Assembly (NCBI GenBank): GCA_963758635.1
Contig: CAVWWD010000004.1
Span: 128,001 to 192,000, forward strand
Length of the DNA stretch: 64,000 nucleotides
From: an uncultured Candidatus Rokubacteria bacterium
GTDB taxonomy: Bacteria; Methylomirabilota; Methylomirabilia; Rokubacteriales; CSP1-6
Direction of reading: 5' to 3'
Numbering within the stretch: position 1 is the first letter of the stretch; every line of letters begins with the position of its first letter. The notes under the pieces were generated by a model. That model saw only the letters and a program-made list of their open reading frames with translations. It searched no databases and was not told the DNA's origin. This document shows positions 10,346 through 20,233 of the stretch, piece by piece. A program made the position numbers and the translations under genes.

Positions 10346-10611
10346 AGAGCGATGGAGGAACCACGCGGCGCCGGGGCGGCGGGCCAGGGGGCCCGGAAGT
10401 GCCTTGTGGCGAGAACGTCTCGCGCGACGGGCGGCGCGAGCGCGACCTCGCGGATCGACAGCCCACGCGCGGCCCCCTCTGGGGGTTGGGGGGGCCGCGC
10501 TCGCGCCGCCCGCTCTCTGTCGGCCCTCGCGGCGCCACGGCACGCCCGGGCCCCCTGGCCCGCCGCCCCGGCGACCCGGGCTCCGCGAGCGATGACAGCA
10601 TGAAGCACGAA
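10346..10611 (-). repeat. Structured ~260-bp element, copy 2
   Basis: Diverged reverse complement of 9840-10100 with compensatory stem changes. Confidence 0.85.
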
Positions 10612-10635
10612 CGCGAGAACGAGGAGGGCGTCGCG

Positions 10636-11325
10636 ATGACGCGGTTCGTGAAGGCTGATCCGTACCCGTGGCCGTACGACGGCGACCTCCGGCCGGAGAA
10701 CACCGCGCTGCTGGTGATCGACATGCAGACGGACTTCTGCGGCAAGGGCGGCTACGTGGACACGATGGGCTACGACCTCTCGCTCACGCGCGCGCCGATC
10801 GAGCCGATCCGCGCCGTGCTCGCCGCCGCGCGGGCCGCCGGGCTCCACGTGATCCACACGCGCGAGGGGCATCGACCGGACCTGTCCGACCTGCCCGCCA
10901 ACAAGCGCTGGCGATCGCGGCGCATCGGCGCCGGGATCGGCGACCCGGGGCCGTGCGGCCGCATCCTCGTGCGCGGCGAGCCGGGCTGGGAGATCATCCC
11001 GGAGCTCGCGCCCGCGCCGGGCGAGACCGTCATCGACAAGCCGGGCAAGGGCTCGTTCTGCGCCACCGACCTCGAGCTGATCCTGCGCACGCGCGGCGTG
11101 ACGAACCTGGTCCTCACCGGCATCACCACCGACGTGTGCGTGCACACCACCATGCGCGAGGCCAACGACCGCGGCTTCGAGTGCCTGCTCCTCGAGGACG
11201 GCACCGGCGCCACCGACCTCGGCAACCACCGCGCCGCCGTCAAGATGGTCACCATGCAGGGCGGCGTCTTCGGCGCCGTCGGACGCTCGGCCGACGTCGT
11301 CGCCGCGCTCCAGGGGCTCGCGTGA
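10636..11325 (+). CDS. biuH: Biuret hydrolase (isochorismatase-like cysteine hydrolase)
   Basis: [65 protein letters not shown] closely match the recalled Rhizobium BiuH sequence. Confidence 0.88.
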   Translation: MTRFVKADPYPWPYDGDLRPENTALLVIDMQTDFCGKGGYVDTMGYDLSLTRAPIEPIRAVLAAARAAGLHVIHTREGHRPDLSDLPANKRWRSRRIGAGIGDPGPCGRILVRGEPGWEIIPELAPAPGETVIDKPGKGSFCATDLELILRTRGVTNLVLTGITTDVCVHTTMREANDRGFECLLLEDGTGATDLGNHRAAVKMVTMQGGVFGAVGRSADVVAALQGLA

Positions 11326-12854
11326 CGGCAGGCGCGCTCGAGCTCGAGGTCGTCGGCCTCACCAAGCGCTTCGGCGGCCTCACCGCGCTGGACGACGTCT
11401 CGCTCCGGGTCGAGGCCGGCGCGTTTCACGCGCTGCTCGGCGAGAACGGCGCGGGCAAGAGCACGCTCGTGAAGTGCGTGGTCGGCTACCAGCGCGCCGA
11501 CGCGGGGGCGGTGCTGGTGGGCCGGCGCGAGCGCGACATCCGGTCCCCGGCCGACGCCCACGCGCTCGGCATCGGCATGGTGTACCAGCACTTCACGCTG
11601 GTGCCGAGCATGACGGTGGCCGAGAACCTCGTCATGGCCCGCGACGACGTGCCCCTGCGCGTCAGGTGGCGGCAGGAGCGCGAGCGCCTGGCCGCGTTCA
11701 TGACCACCGTGCCGTTCGCCGTGGACCTGGACCGGCCGGCGTGGCAGCTCGCCGCCGGCGAGAAGCAGAAGGTCGAGATCCTCAAGCAGCTCTATCTGAA
11801 GCGCCGGCTCGTGATCCTCGACGAGCCCACGTCCGTTCTCACGCCCGCCGAGGCCGACGAGGTGCTGGGCATGCTCCACGCGATGACCCGCGCCGGCGAG
11901 GTCACCGTGCTGATGATCACCCACAAGTTCCGCGAGGTCATGGCGTTCGCCGACGCCGTGTCCGTGCTGCGCCGCGGGCGCCTGGCCGGCGAAGGGCGCG
12001 TCGCCGACCTCACGCCGGCGCGCCTGGCGGAGATGATGGTGGGAGCGCGCGAGATCCCCGAGGCCCACGCCGCGCGCGCGAACGGCCGGGACCCCGGCCG
12101 CGCGCCGCGCCTGGTGGTGGAAGAGCTGGTGGTCGACAACGACGGCGGGCTCGTCGCCGTGGATCGCGTCTCGCTGGCCGTCCGGCCGGGGGAGATCGTG
12201 GGCATCGCTGGCGTCTCCGGCAACGGCCAGCGCGAGCTGGTCGAGACGCTCATCGGCCAGCGCGTTCCCGTGTCCGGGCAGGTGAGCGTGGACGGCCGAC
12301 CGTATCGCGCGACCCGCGGGGCCATCCGGTTCCACGGGGCGTTCAGCCTGCCCGAGGAGCCGTTCCGGAACGCCTGCGTGCCGGGGATGACGGTGGCCGA
12401 GAACATGGCGCTCCGGAACTTCGACCGGCCGCCGCTCGCCGCGGGGCCGTGGCTCCGGCGTGGCGCCCTGCGCGACCAGGCCGCCCGGTGGATCGCCGCC
12501 TTCAAGGTGAAGGCGGACGGGCCCGAGGCGCCCATGGCCACGCTGTCCGGCGGCAACGTGCAGCGTGCCGTGCTCGCGCGCGAGCTGTCCGAGGCGGTCT
12601 CGGTGCTCATCGCCGCCAACCCGGTGTTCGGGCTCGACTTCGCCGCGGTGGCGGAGATCCACGAGCGGATCCTCGCCGCGCGCAACGACGGCGCGGCCGT
12701 GCTGCTCGTGAGCGAGGACCTGGACGAGCTGCTCGCCCTGTCCGACCGGATCGTGGTGATGTTCGACGGCCGCATCGTCCACGAGACCGCGATCGAGGCC
12801 GCCGACATCGCGGTGATCGGTCCCGCCATGGCCGGCCACGCCGGAGCGGCCTGA
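11322..12854 (+). CDS. ABC transporter ATP-binding protein (tandem NBD)
   Basis: [30 protein letters not shown]. Confidence 0.92.
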   Translation: MTAGALELEVVGLTKRFGGLTALDDVSLRVEAGAFHALLGENGAGKSTLVKCVVGYQRADAGAVLVGRRERDIRSPADAHALGIGMVYQHFTLVPSMTVAENLVMARDDVPLRVRWRQERERLAAFMTTVPFAVDLDRPAWQLAAGEKQKVEILKQLYLKRRLVILDEPTSVLTPAEADEVLGMLHAMTRAGEVTVLMITHKFREVMAFADAVSVLRRGRLAGEGRVADLTPARLAEMMVGAREIPEAHAARANGRDPGRAPRLVVEELVVDNDGGLVAVDRVSLAVRPGEIVGIAGVSGNGQRELVETLIGQRVPVSGQVSVDGRPYRATRGAIRFHGAFSLPEEPFRNACVPGMTVAENMALRNFDRPPLAAGPWLRRGALRDQAARWIAAFKVKADGPEAPMATLSGGNVQRAVLARELSEAVSVLIAANPVFGLDFAAVAEIHERILAARNDGAAVLLVSEDLDELLALSDRIVVMFDGRIVHETAIEAADIAVIGPAMAGHAGAA

Positions 12855-12858
12855 GCCC

Positions 12859-13521
12859 ATGCCGGACGTCTCCGCGCGCCCGTATCCCTACGCTTTCGAG
12901 CCGTCCAGCACGGCGCTCGTCGTGATCGACATGCAGCGCGACTTCGTGGAGCCCGGCGGCTTCGGCGAGGCGCTCGGCAACGACGTGAGCCGGCTCGCCG
13001 CGATCGTGCCCACGGTGGCCGCGCTCATCGGCTGGGCGCGCGCTCACGGCATCCGCGTCATCCACACGCGCGAGGGCCATCGCCCCGACCTGGCCGACTG
13101 TCCGCCGGCCAAGCTCCGCCGTGGCGCGCCCACCCTGCGCATCGGCGCTCCTGGTCCCATGGGACGGATCCTCGTCGACGGCGAGCCCGGCAACGACATC
13201 GTGCCCGCCTGCGCGCCCGCTCCGGGGGAGACGGTGATCGTGAAGCCGGGGAAGGGCGCCTTCTGGGCCACGGGCCTCCACGACCTGCTTCGCGGCCACG
13301 GCGTCACGCACCTCATCGTGGCCGGCGTGACCACCGAGGTGTGCGTGCAGACGACGATGCGCGAGGCCAACGACCGCGGGTACGAGTGCCTCCTGGTCGA
13401 GGACGCCACCGAGAGCTACTTCGCGGCCTTCAAGGAGGCCACGCTCGACATGGTGCGGGCGCAGGGCGGCATCGTGGGCTGGACGGCGCCCTTCGCGGCG
13501 GTGCGCGCGGCGTTGCCGTAG
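12859..13521 (+). CDS. trtA: Triuret hydrolase (cysteine hydrolase)
   Basis: [45 protein letters not shown] match the recalled TrtA signature; clustered with biuH. Confidence 0.82.
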   Translation: MPDVSARPYPYAFEPSSTALVVIDMQRDFVEPGGFGEALGNDVSRLAAIVPTVAALIGWARAHGIRVIHTREGHRPDLADCPPAKLRRGAPTLRIGAPGPMGRILVDGEPGNDIVPACAPAPGETVIVKPGKGAFWATGLHDLLRGHGVTHLIVAGVTTEVCVQTTMREANDRGYECLLVEDATESYFAAFKEATLDMVRAQGGIVGWTAPFAAVRAALP

Positions 13522-13626
13522 CGTTCCGTCCCGCCGTCGTGGGATGCTCGGGGGCACCGTGCGCCGCCCGAATCGCCGGCTCCCTCGTCCTCGTCGTCTG
13601 CGCCGCCGAGCGCTCCCCGTGAGCCC

Positions 13627-14445
13627 GTGACCATGCCTCCCGCCGCACGTGAAGGGCACGTGCCCGTCCCCGGCGCGCGCCTCTGGCATCTCGACACGGG
13701 TGGAACCGGCCCCGCCGTCGTCCTGATGCACGCGGCCACGGGGAGCGCGCGCGTGTGGGAGCATCAGCTTCCCGCGTTCACGGGCGCCGGGCATCGCGTG
13801 ATCGCGTTCGACCGGCGCGGGTGGGGACGCACCCTGATCGATGACTCCGGCCCCCAGCCCGGCACCGCGGCGGACGATCTCCACGCCCTCGTCGACCATC
13901 TCGGTATCGACCGTTTCCACCTCGTGGGCACCGCGGCCGGTGGCATCTCGGCGCTGGACTTCGCGGTGTCGTTCCCGCGGCGGCTGCGGAGCCTCGTCGT
14001 CGCCAACAGCATCGGGGGCGTCCAGGACCCGGAGTACCTCGCGCTGGGCCGGAGGTTGCGGCCGCCCGAGTTCGAGGCGCTGCCACCGGAGCTGCGCGAG
14101 CTGGGGCCGGCCTATCGCGCCGCCGAACCGGAGGGCACGCGGCGCTGGATCGAGCTGGAGCAGGTGAGCCGGCCCGCCGGGCCGCGCGCCGCCGCGCAGC
14201 CCACGCGAAACCGCCTGACGTTCGCGCTGCTCGAGACGCTCGCCGTGCCCACGCTCTTCCTCACCGGCGGCGCCGACCTCTACTCACCGCCTCCCGTGGT
14301 CGCGCTGTTCGCGGCCCGGGTCCCCGGTGCCCAGTCGCTGACGGTGCCCGACGTCGGGCACTCGGCCTACTGGGAGCGGCCCGACGTGTTCAACGCCTCC
14401 GTGCTGGGCTTCGTCGGCCGGCACCAGGCGATTGAGCTAGCATGA
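13627..14445 (+). CDS. Alpha/beta hydrolase
   Basis: LMHAATGS, FDRRGWG, GTAAGG nucleophile-elbow variant, GHSAYWE. Confidence 0.85.
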   Translation: MTMPPAAREGHVPVPGARLWHLDTGGTGPAVVLMHAATGSARVWEHQLPAFTGAGHRVIAFDRRGWGRTLIDDSGPQPGTAADDLHALVDHLGIDRFHLVGTAAGGISALDFAVSFPRRLRSLVVANSIGGVQDPEYLALGRRLRPPEFEALPPELRELGPAYRAAEPEGTRRWIELEQVSRPAGPRAAAQPTRNRLTFALLETLAVPTLFLTGGADLYSPPPVVALFAARVPGAQSLTVPDVGHSAYWERPDVFNASVLGFVGRHQAIELA

Positions 14446-14501
14446 ACGTCATGCTCGGCATCGACGGGCGAAGCTCGGTGGAGACGGCGTGGACCGCGTG
14501 A
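14442..14501 (+). pseudogene. Possible remnant of hydantoinase A/oxoprolinase subunit
   Basis: Translationally coupled mini-ORF MNVMLGIDG... resembles the LGIDxGGT start of HyuA and sits directly before hyuB. Confidence 0.35.
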
Positions 14502-16147
14502 CGCTCGAGGTGATCGGGGCGGCGCTCCTCGGCATCGCCGAGGAGATGGGCGTCGCCCTCATCAAGTCGTCGTACTCGACCAACATCAAGGAGCGGCAGG
14601 ACTGCTCCACCGCCATCTTCGACGCGCGCGGCGAGGTCATCGCGCAGGCCGAGCACATCCCCATGCATCTCGGCTCGCTGCTCGGCGTGGTGCGCGAGAT
14701 CCTCGCGCGCTACCCCGCCGAGGGCCTGGCCGCGGGGGACGTGTTCGTGTCGAACGATCCCTACACGGGCGGCGGCACGCATCTGCCCGACATCAACCTG
14801 GTGAGCCCGGTGTTCGCGGACGGGGCGCTCTTCGGCTTCGTCGCCAACATCGCGCACCACGCCGACCGGAGCGGCGAGCGCATCCGCACGATCTGGGACG
14901 AGGGCCTCCGCATCACGCCCATCCGCCTGGTCGCCGCCGGCGAGATCTGCGAGGACGTGATGGAGCTGCTCCTCGCCAACTTCGCGCTGCCCGCCGAGCG
15001 GCGCGGGGACTTCCGGGCCCAGATCGCGGCCAACCGCCTCGGCGAGCGGCGGCTCGGCGAGCTGATCGCGCGCTACGGGGCCGGCGCGGTGCGCGCGGCG
15101 TGCGAGGAATCGCTGGCCTACGGCGAGCGCAAGATCCGCGCCGCCATCGCGGCGCTGCCCGACGGCGTGTACCGCTTCGCCGACGCCATGGACGACGACG
15201 GCGTGACGCCCGGGGCCATTCCCATCGCCGTTGCCATCACCAAGCGCGGCGACGCGATGTCGCTCGACTTCGCGGGCAGCGGGCCCCAGTGCGCGGGCGA
15301 CATCAACGTGGTCTACTTCGCGCTCCTCGCCACCGTGTACTACGCGCTCAAGGCCGTGCTGGACCCGACCGTCCCCGCCAACGGCGGCTTCTACCGGGCC
15401 ATCGAGGTCACGGCGCCCGAGGGCAGCATCGTCAACGCGCGGCCGCCCGCGCCGGTGGCGTGGCGGACGCAGACCTGCCAGCGCATCGCCGACGTGGTGC
15501 TGGGCGCGCTCGCGCAGGTGGTGCCGGAGCGTGTGCCCGCGGCCGGCAACGGCGCCAACTGCGCGATGGTCTTCTCCGGCACCCATCCGCGGACGGGCGC
15601 GCTCTACGTGTACCTGGAGACGCTCGCGGGCGGGGCGGGGGCCACCGCGGGCGGCGACGGGCCCGACGCCGTGCAGGTCCACGTGACCAACACGTCGAAC
15701 CTGCCGGTGGAGGCGCTCGAGTCGGAGTATCCGCTGCTGGTGAACGAGTACGCGCTGGTCGAGGGGAGCGGGGGCGCGGGCCGGCACCGGGGCGGCCTGG
15801 GCCTTCGCCGCACCATCGAGGTGCTGGACCACGACGCCCGCTTCCTCGGCACCACCGAGCGCGCGCGGGTGGCGCCCTGGGGGCTCTGCGGGGGTGGGCC
15901 CGGTGGCCTCGCGCGGCTCGTGCTCAACCCGGGCGGCGCGGGCGAGCAGGAGCTGCCCCCGAAGGTGTGGGGCCATCCGCTCCGCGCCGGCGACCGCGTG
16001 GCCATCGACACGCCCGGCGCGGGCGGGTACGGGCCACCCGAGGAGCGCGCCGCCGCGGACCGAGAGGACGACGACCGGAACGGCATCGCCCCGGCCGAGA
16101 GCCGGTCCCGCCCCCGCCGCGCGATCCCGCGGAGCAGCGCCCCTTGA
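14489..16147 (+). CDS. Hydantoinase B/oxoprolinase family protein
   Basis: SSYSTNIKERQDCS, HIPMHLGS, NDPYTGGGTHLPD, NTSNLPVEALE, TPGAGGYG. Confidence 0.92.
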   Translation: MDRVTLEVIGAALLGIAEEMGVALIKSSYSTNIKERQDCSTAIFDARGEVIAQAEHIPMHLGSLLGVVREILARYPAEGLAAGDVFVSNDPYTGGGTHLPDINLVSPVFADGALFGFVANIAHHADRSGERIRTIWDEGLRITPIRLVAAGEICEDVMELLLANFALPAERRGDFRAQIAANRLGERRLGELIARYGAGAVRAACEESLAYGERKIRAAIAALPDGVYRFADAMDDDGVTPGAIPIAVAITKRGDAMSLDFAGSGPQCAGDINVVYFALLATVYYALKAVLDPTVPANGGFYRAIEVTAPEGSIVNARPPAPVAWRTQTCQRIADVVLGALAQVVPERVPAAGNGANCAMVFSGTHPRTGALYVYLETLAGGAGATAGGDGPDAVQVHVTNTSNLPVEALESEYPLLVNEYALVEGSGGAGRHRGGLGLRRTIEVLDHDARFLGTTERARVAPWGLCGGGPGGLARLVLNPGGAGEQELPPKVWGHPLRAGDRVAIDTPGAGGYGPPEERAAADREDDDRNGIAPAESRSRPRRAIPRSSAP

Positions 16148-16338
16148 CACAAGGGCGCGCGCCGCTCAGGCTCGAAGACGCTGGCCGGATCGCTCCATGA
16201 ACCGTCACGACGTCGCTGCGCGCGTCGCCTCGGCCTGCCCGAGGGCATGGCCCCGCCCGCCCCCACCACGCCCCGTCCCTCAGGTCGTCCGTGTCCACGG
16301 GATGCAGCGTCGCAGTTCCCTTCACGGGAGGACGGACC

Positions 16339-17841
16339 ATGCCCCACTACCTGAGTGACGAGGAGCTCCGGAGGACGGCGCCGGCCGAGACCGCGTCGTT
16401 CCCGTCCCCGATCCCGACCCAGATCGTCTCCAACGGCGAGTTCAACCCGCTGCCGCAGACGACCGAGCAGCGGCGCGTGGAGCACCGCATCGCCGAGCTC
16501 GCCGGCACGCTCGGCCGGCGCCACGGCATGACCCGTCGCCGCTTCCTGGCCTCGAGCGCCGGCATGGCCGCCGCGTTCCTCGCCATGAACGAGGTGTACG
16601 GCCGCGTCTTCGACGTGGAGACCGCGGAAGCCGCGTCACCCGGCGTGGCCGACACGCGGGCGAAGGGCCTGGCCGGCCAGCCGATCATCGACGTGCAGAC
16701 GCACTTCGTCCGTGACGACTTCAACCAGGCGGGCCTGCTCGACCTGGCCAAGTACGCCAAGCAGCACTGGCACCCCACCCTCGCCGGCGAGTCGAGCCTC
16801 GCGCGCTACAAGTTCGAGAACTACGTGAAGGAGGTCTTCGTCGACAGCGACACGAAGATCGCGCTCCTCTCCGGGGCGCCCTTCGACGACCGGACGTGGG
16901 ATCTGCTCACCAACGACCAGATCGCGGCGGCGCGCGCGGCCATCAACAAGATCGCCGGCTCGCGGCGCCTGCTCGGCCACGCCGTGTTCACGCCCAAGCG
17001 CGCGGGCTGGATGGAAGAGGTGGACCGGGCCATCGCCACGCTCAAGCCCGACAGCTGGAAGGGCTACACCATCGGCGATCCGCTCTTTCCGTCCAAGGAG
17101 CAGTCGTACTGGTGGCTGGACGACGACAAGCTGATGTACCCGTTCTACGAGAAGATCATCAAGTCCGGCATCCGCACCGTCTGCGTCCACAAGGGCCTGC
17201 TGCCCGCGGACTACGAGACCTCGTGGCCGGGGGTGTGGGAGTACGCCACCGTCAAGGACGTGGGCAAGGCGGCCAAGGACTTCCCGCAGGTGAACTTCGT
17301 CATGTACCACGGCGCCCTGCGCGCTTTCCTCGAGACGCCAGACGCCGTGCTCAAGGAGTTCCAGGACACCGGCCGCATCAAGTGGGCTACCGATCTCGCG
17401 GAGATCCCGGCCAAGTTCGGCGTCAAGAACGTGTACGCGGAGATCGGGACGGCCTTCGCCAACTCCGCGGTGGCGAACCCGCGCTTCGCGGCGGCGTTCG
17501 TGGGCACGCTCGTGCGCGGCATGGGCGCGGACCACGTGCTGTGGGGCAGCGACTCCGTCTGGTACGGCTCGCCGCAGTGGCAGATCGAGGCGCTGCGCCG
17601 CCTCGAGATCCCGGCCGACATGGCCAAGCAGCACAACTTCGCCCCGCTGGGGCCGGCCACGGGGAAGGTCAAGACCGCCATCTTCTCCGGCAACGCCTCC
17701 CGCCTCTATGGGATCCGGCCCCAGACGGCGCTGGGCGAGATCCGGCAGGACCAGATCGCGGCCATCAAGGCCGAGTACGCGGACATGGGCGGCATGCGCA
17801 CCAACGCGCGCTACGGCTACGTGGCGCGGCCGCGCGCCTGA
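16339..17841 (+). CDS. Amidohydrolase family protein (internal twin-Arg motif)
   Basis: IDVQTH, WKGYT, CVHKG, MYHG, WGSDSVWYGSPQWQIEA; TTGACA at about 16143 upstream. Confidence 0.85.
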   Translation: MPHYLSDEELRRTAPAETASFPSPIPTQIVSNGEFNPLPQTTEQRRVEHRIAELAGTLGRRHGMTRRRFLASSAGMAAAFLAMNEVYGRVFDVETAEAASPGVADTRAKGLAGQPIIDVQTHFVRDDFNQAGLLDLAKYAKQHWHPTLAGESSLARYKFENYVKEVFVDSDTKIALLSGAPFDDRTWDLLTNDQIAAARAAINKIAGSRRLLGHAVFTPKRAGWMEEVDRAIATLKPDSWKGYTIGDPLFPSKEQSYWWLDDDKLMYPFYEKIIKSGIRTVCVHKGLLPADYETSWPGVWEYATVKDVGKAAKDFPQVNFVMYHGALRAFLETPDAVLKEFQDTGRIKWATDLAEIPAKFGVKNVYAEIGTAFANSAVANPRFAAAFVGTLVRGMGADHVLWGSDSVWYGSPQWQIEALRRLEIPADMAKQHNFAPLGPATGKVKTAIFSGNASRLYGIRPQTALGEIRQDQIAAIKAEYADMGGMRTNARYGYVARPRA

Positions 17842-17944
17842 GCGCGGAAGCGACCGGGACGTCGGGGCCCGGCGGCTCGCGCCGGGCTCCGCTCGTCGGT
17901 GTTCCCAGCGCGCTCATTCGTCGGTGTTCCCAGCGCGCTCATTC

Positions 17945-18094
17945 CAGGGGCGGCGGGTGGGGGCCCGGGGTCGCGGGGCGACGTTGCACGCGTGCGCTGC
18001 CCCGCTGGGACTGGGCTCCATCCGGGCGCGCGGGGTCCGAGGCCGGTTGGAGGGGAAGCACCCCTCGACCCCGGGCCCCCACCCACCGCCCCTG
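17945..18094 (+). repeat. Structured hairpin element family F, copy 1, preceded by a 25-bp tandem duplication (about 17893-17942)
   Basis: Long closing stem; core shared with the reverse complement of 47862-48009. Confidence 0.75.
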
Positions 18095-18200
18095 CCGGCG
18101 CGCTGTTGACTGCACGGCTCGGAATTCGCCCCCACTTGCCGTCGCCGGGGTTCGCTCCTCGCCTTGACTTGCCCCTCGCCCTCGCGCCATCCTCCGCCGC

Positions 18201-18953
18201 ATGGACCTCGAGCTTCGCGACCGTACCGCCGTAGTGACCGGATGCAGCGTGGGCATCGGCAGGGAGATCGCGCGGGTGCTTGCCGGCGAGGGGGTGACGT
18301 GCCTGGTCGTCGCGCGGCGTGGCGACCTCCTGAAGACGCTCCAGGACGAGATCGAGGCCGCGGGCTGGCCGCGCCCGCACGCGCGGGCGATCGACCTCGC
18401 GGACCGCGCGTCGGTCCCCGCGCTCCGCGACGAGGCCCTCGCGCGTCTGGGCCGCGTGGACATCCTGGTGAACAACGCGGGCGGCTCGCGGCCCACCGCG
18501 GTGGACGCGCCCGATCCCATCTGGGACGAGTCGTTCGCGATCAACTTCAGCGCCGTCCGCCGTCTCACGCAGGCGCTCCTGCCGGGCATGATCGAGCGCC
18601 GCTGGGGCCGCATCCTGAACGTCACCGGCTCGTCCGAGCCCTCGGGCACCAACGCGGCCGGCCCGGCCAAGGCGGCCGTCCATGCGTGGGCGAAGGGGCT
18701 CTCCCGCGACGTGGGCCGTCACGGCATCACCGTGAACTGCCTCGCGCCCGGGCGCATCCACAGCGAGCAGATCGACGAGCGCCTGCATCCCACGCCGGAG
18801 AGCCGGGAGCAGTTCGCCCGCCAGATCCCCCTCGGCTACTTCGGCGATCCATCGGACATGGCGTACCTGGTCGCGTTCCTCTGCTCGCCCAAGGCCCGGT
18901 ACATCACCGGCGAACGCATCCACGTGGACGGCGGCCTCCGCCGCGGCTACTGA
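18201..18953 (+). CDS. SDR family oxidoreductase
   Basis: TGCSVGIG, ILVNNAGG, YITGERIHVDGG. Confidence 0.92.
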   Translation: MDLELRDRTAVVTGCSVGIGREIARVLAGEGVTCLVVARRGDLLKTLQDEIEAAGWPRPHARAIDLADRASVPALRDEALARLGRVDILVNNAGGSRPTAVDAPDPIWDESFAINFSAVRRLTQALLPGMIERRWGRILNVTGSSEPSGTNAAGPAKAAVHAWAKGLSRDVGRHGITVNCLAPGRIHSEQIDERLHPTPESREQFARQIPLGYFGDPSDMAYLVAFLCSPKARYITGERIHVDGGLRRGY

Positions 18954-18979
18954 TCCGAGGCGCCCCGGGGAGGCCCGCC

Positions 18980-20209
18980 ATGCCGAAAGTCAACGAGCAC
19001 TACCAGAGCCTGCGGGCGAGCTATCTCTTCGCGGAGATCCGGAAGCGGACGAAGGCCTTTCGCGACGCGCACCCGGACGTCCGGCTCGTCAACCTCGGCA
19101 TCGGCGACGTGACCCAGCCCCTGCCGCCCGCGGCGATCCGCGCGCTCCACGACGCGACCGACGAGCTGGCGCGCGCCGAGACGTTCAAGGGCTACGGTCC
19201 GTACGCCGGCTACGAGTTCCTGCTGTCCGAGATCGCCGCCCACGACTACGGGGCGCGCGGGATCCGCCTCGGCCCCGACGAGATCTTCGTGTCGGACGGC
19301 GGCAAGAGCGACAGCGCGAACATCCAGGAGATCTTCGCGACGGACTGCGTGGTCGCCCTCATGGACCCCGTCTATCCCGTGTACGCCGACAGCAACGTCG
19401 CGGCGGGACGGTCGGGGCCGGCCGACGAGAGCGGGCGCTACCCGGGCTTCGTCTACCTGTCGTGCACGGCGGACAACGACTTCCGCCCCGCGCTGCCGGA
19501 CGGGCACGTGGACCTGATCTACCTCTGCTACCCGAACAACCCCACCGGCGCCGTCGCGACGCGCGAGGTCCTCGCGCGCTGGGTCGAGTACGCGCACGCC
19601 CACGACGCCACGATCCTGTTCGACGCGGCGTACGAGGCCTACGTGGCCGACCAGGACGTGCCGCGCTCCATCTACGAGATCGACGGCGCGCGCGAGGTGG
19701 CGATCGAGTCGCGGAGCTTCTCGAAGACGGCCGGCTTCACCGGCCTGCGCCTGGCCTACACGGTGGTGCCGAAGGAGGCGCGGGGCCGGGGCGCGGACGG
19801 CTCGGCGCGGAGCCTGAACGCGCTCTGGACACGCCGCGTCGGCATGAAGTCCAACGGGCCGCCGTACGTGATCCAGAAGGCGGCGGCCGCCGTCTACACG
19901 CCGGAAGGGCAGAAGCAGGTGCGCGCGCTCATCGACGGCTACATGGCCAACGCGCGGATCATCGTGGATGGCCTCACCGCGGCCGGCCTCACCGTGTACG
20001 GCGGCCGGAACGCGCCCTACATCTGGCTGCGCACGCCGGGTGGCGGCTCGTCGTGGGACTTCTTCGACCGGATGCTGAACGAGGCCCACGTGCTCGGCGC
20101 GCCGGGCGCCGGCTTCGGCCCGAGCGGCGAGGGCTACTTCCGCCTCACCGCGTTCGGCTCGCGCGCCGACGCGGAGGAGGCGGTGGCGCGCATCCGCGCG
20201 CGGCTGTGA
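18980..20209 (+). CDS. dapL: LL-diaminopimelate aminotransferase-like protein
   Basis: SYLFAEI, LGIGDVTQP, DPVYPVY, CYPNNPTG, FDAAYEAY, SFSKTAGFTG, NAPYIW, GFGPSGEGYFRLTAF. Confidence 0.85.
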   Translation: MPKVNEHYQSLRASYLFAEIRKRTKAFRDAHPDVRLVNLGIGDVTQPLPPAAIRALHDATDELARAETFKGYGPYAGYEFLLSEIAAHDYGARGIRLGPDEIFVSDGGKSDSANIQEIFATDCVVALMDPVYPVYADSNVAAGRSGPADESGRYPGFVYLSCTADNDFRPALPDGHVDLIYLCYPNNPTGAVATREVLARWVEYAHAHDATILFDAAYEAYVADQDVPRSIYEIDGAREVAIESRSFSKTAGFTGLRLAYTVVPKEARGRGADGSARSLNALWTRRVGMKSNGPPYVIQKAAAAVYTPEGQKQVRALIDGYMANARIIVDGLTAAGLTVYGGRNAPYIWLRTPGGGSSWDFFDRMLNEAHVLGAPGAGFGPSGEGYFRLTAFGSRADAEEAVARIRARL

Positions 20210-20233
20210 CCCGCGCCAACGCCCGGCGCATCC

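Noticed and set aside
17893..17942. CRISPR array (also 47770-47832 and 61750-61806)
   Set aside because: Only two adjacent units, no spacers, no cas genes.
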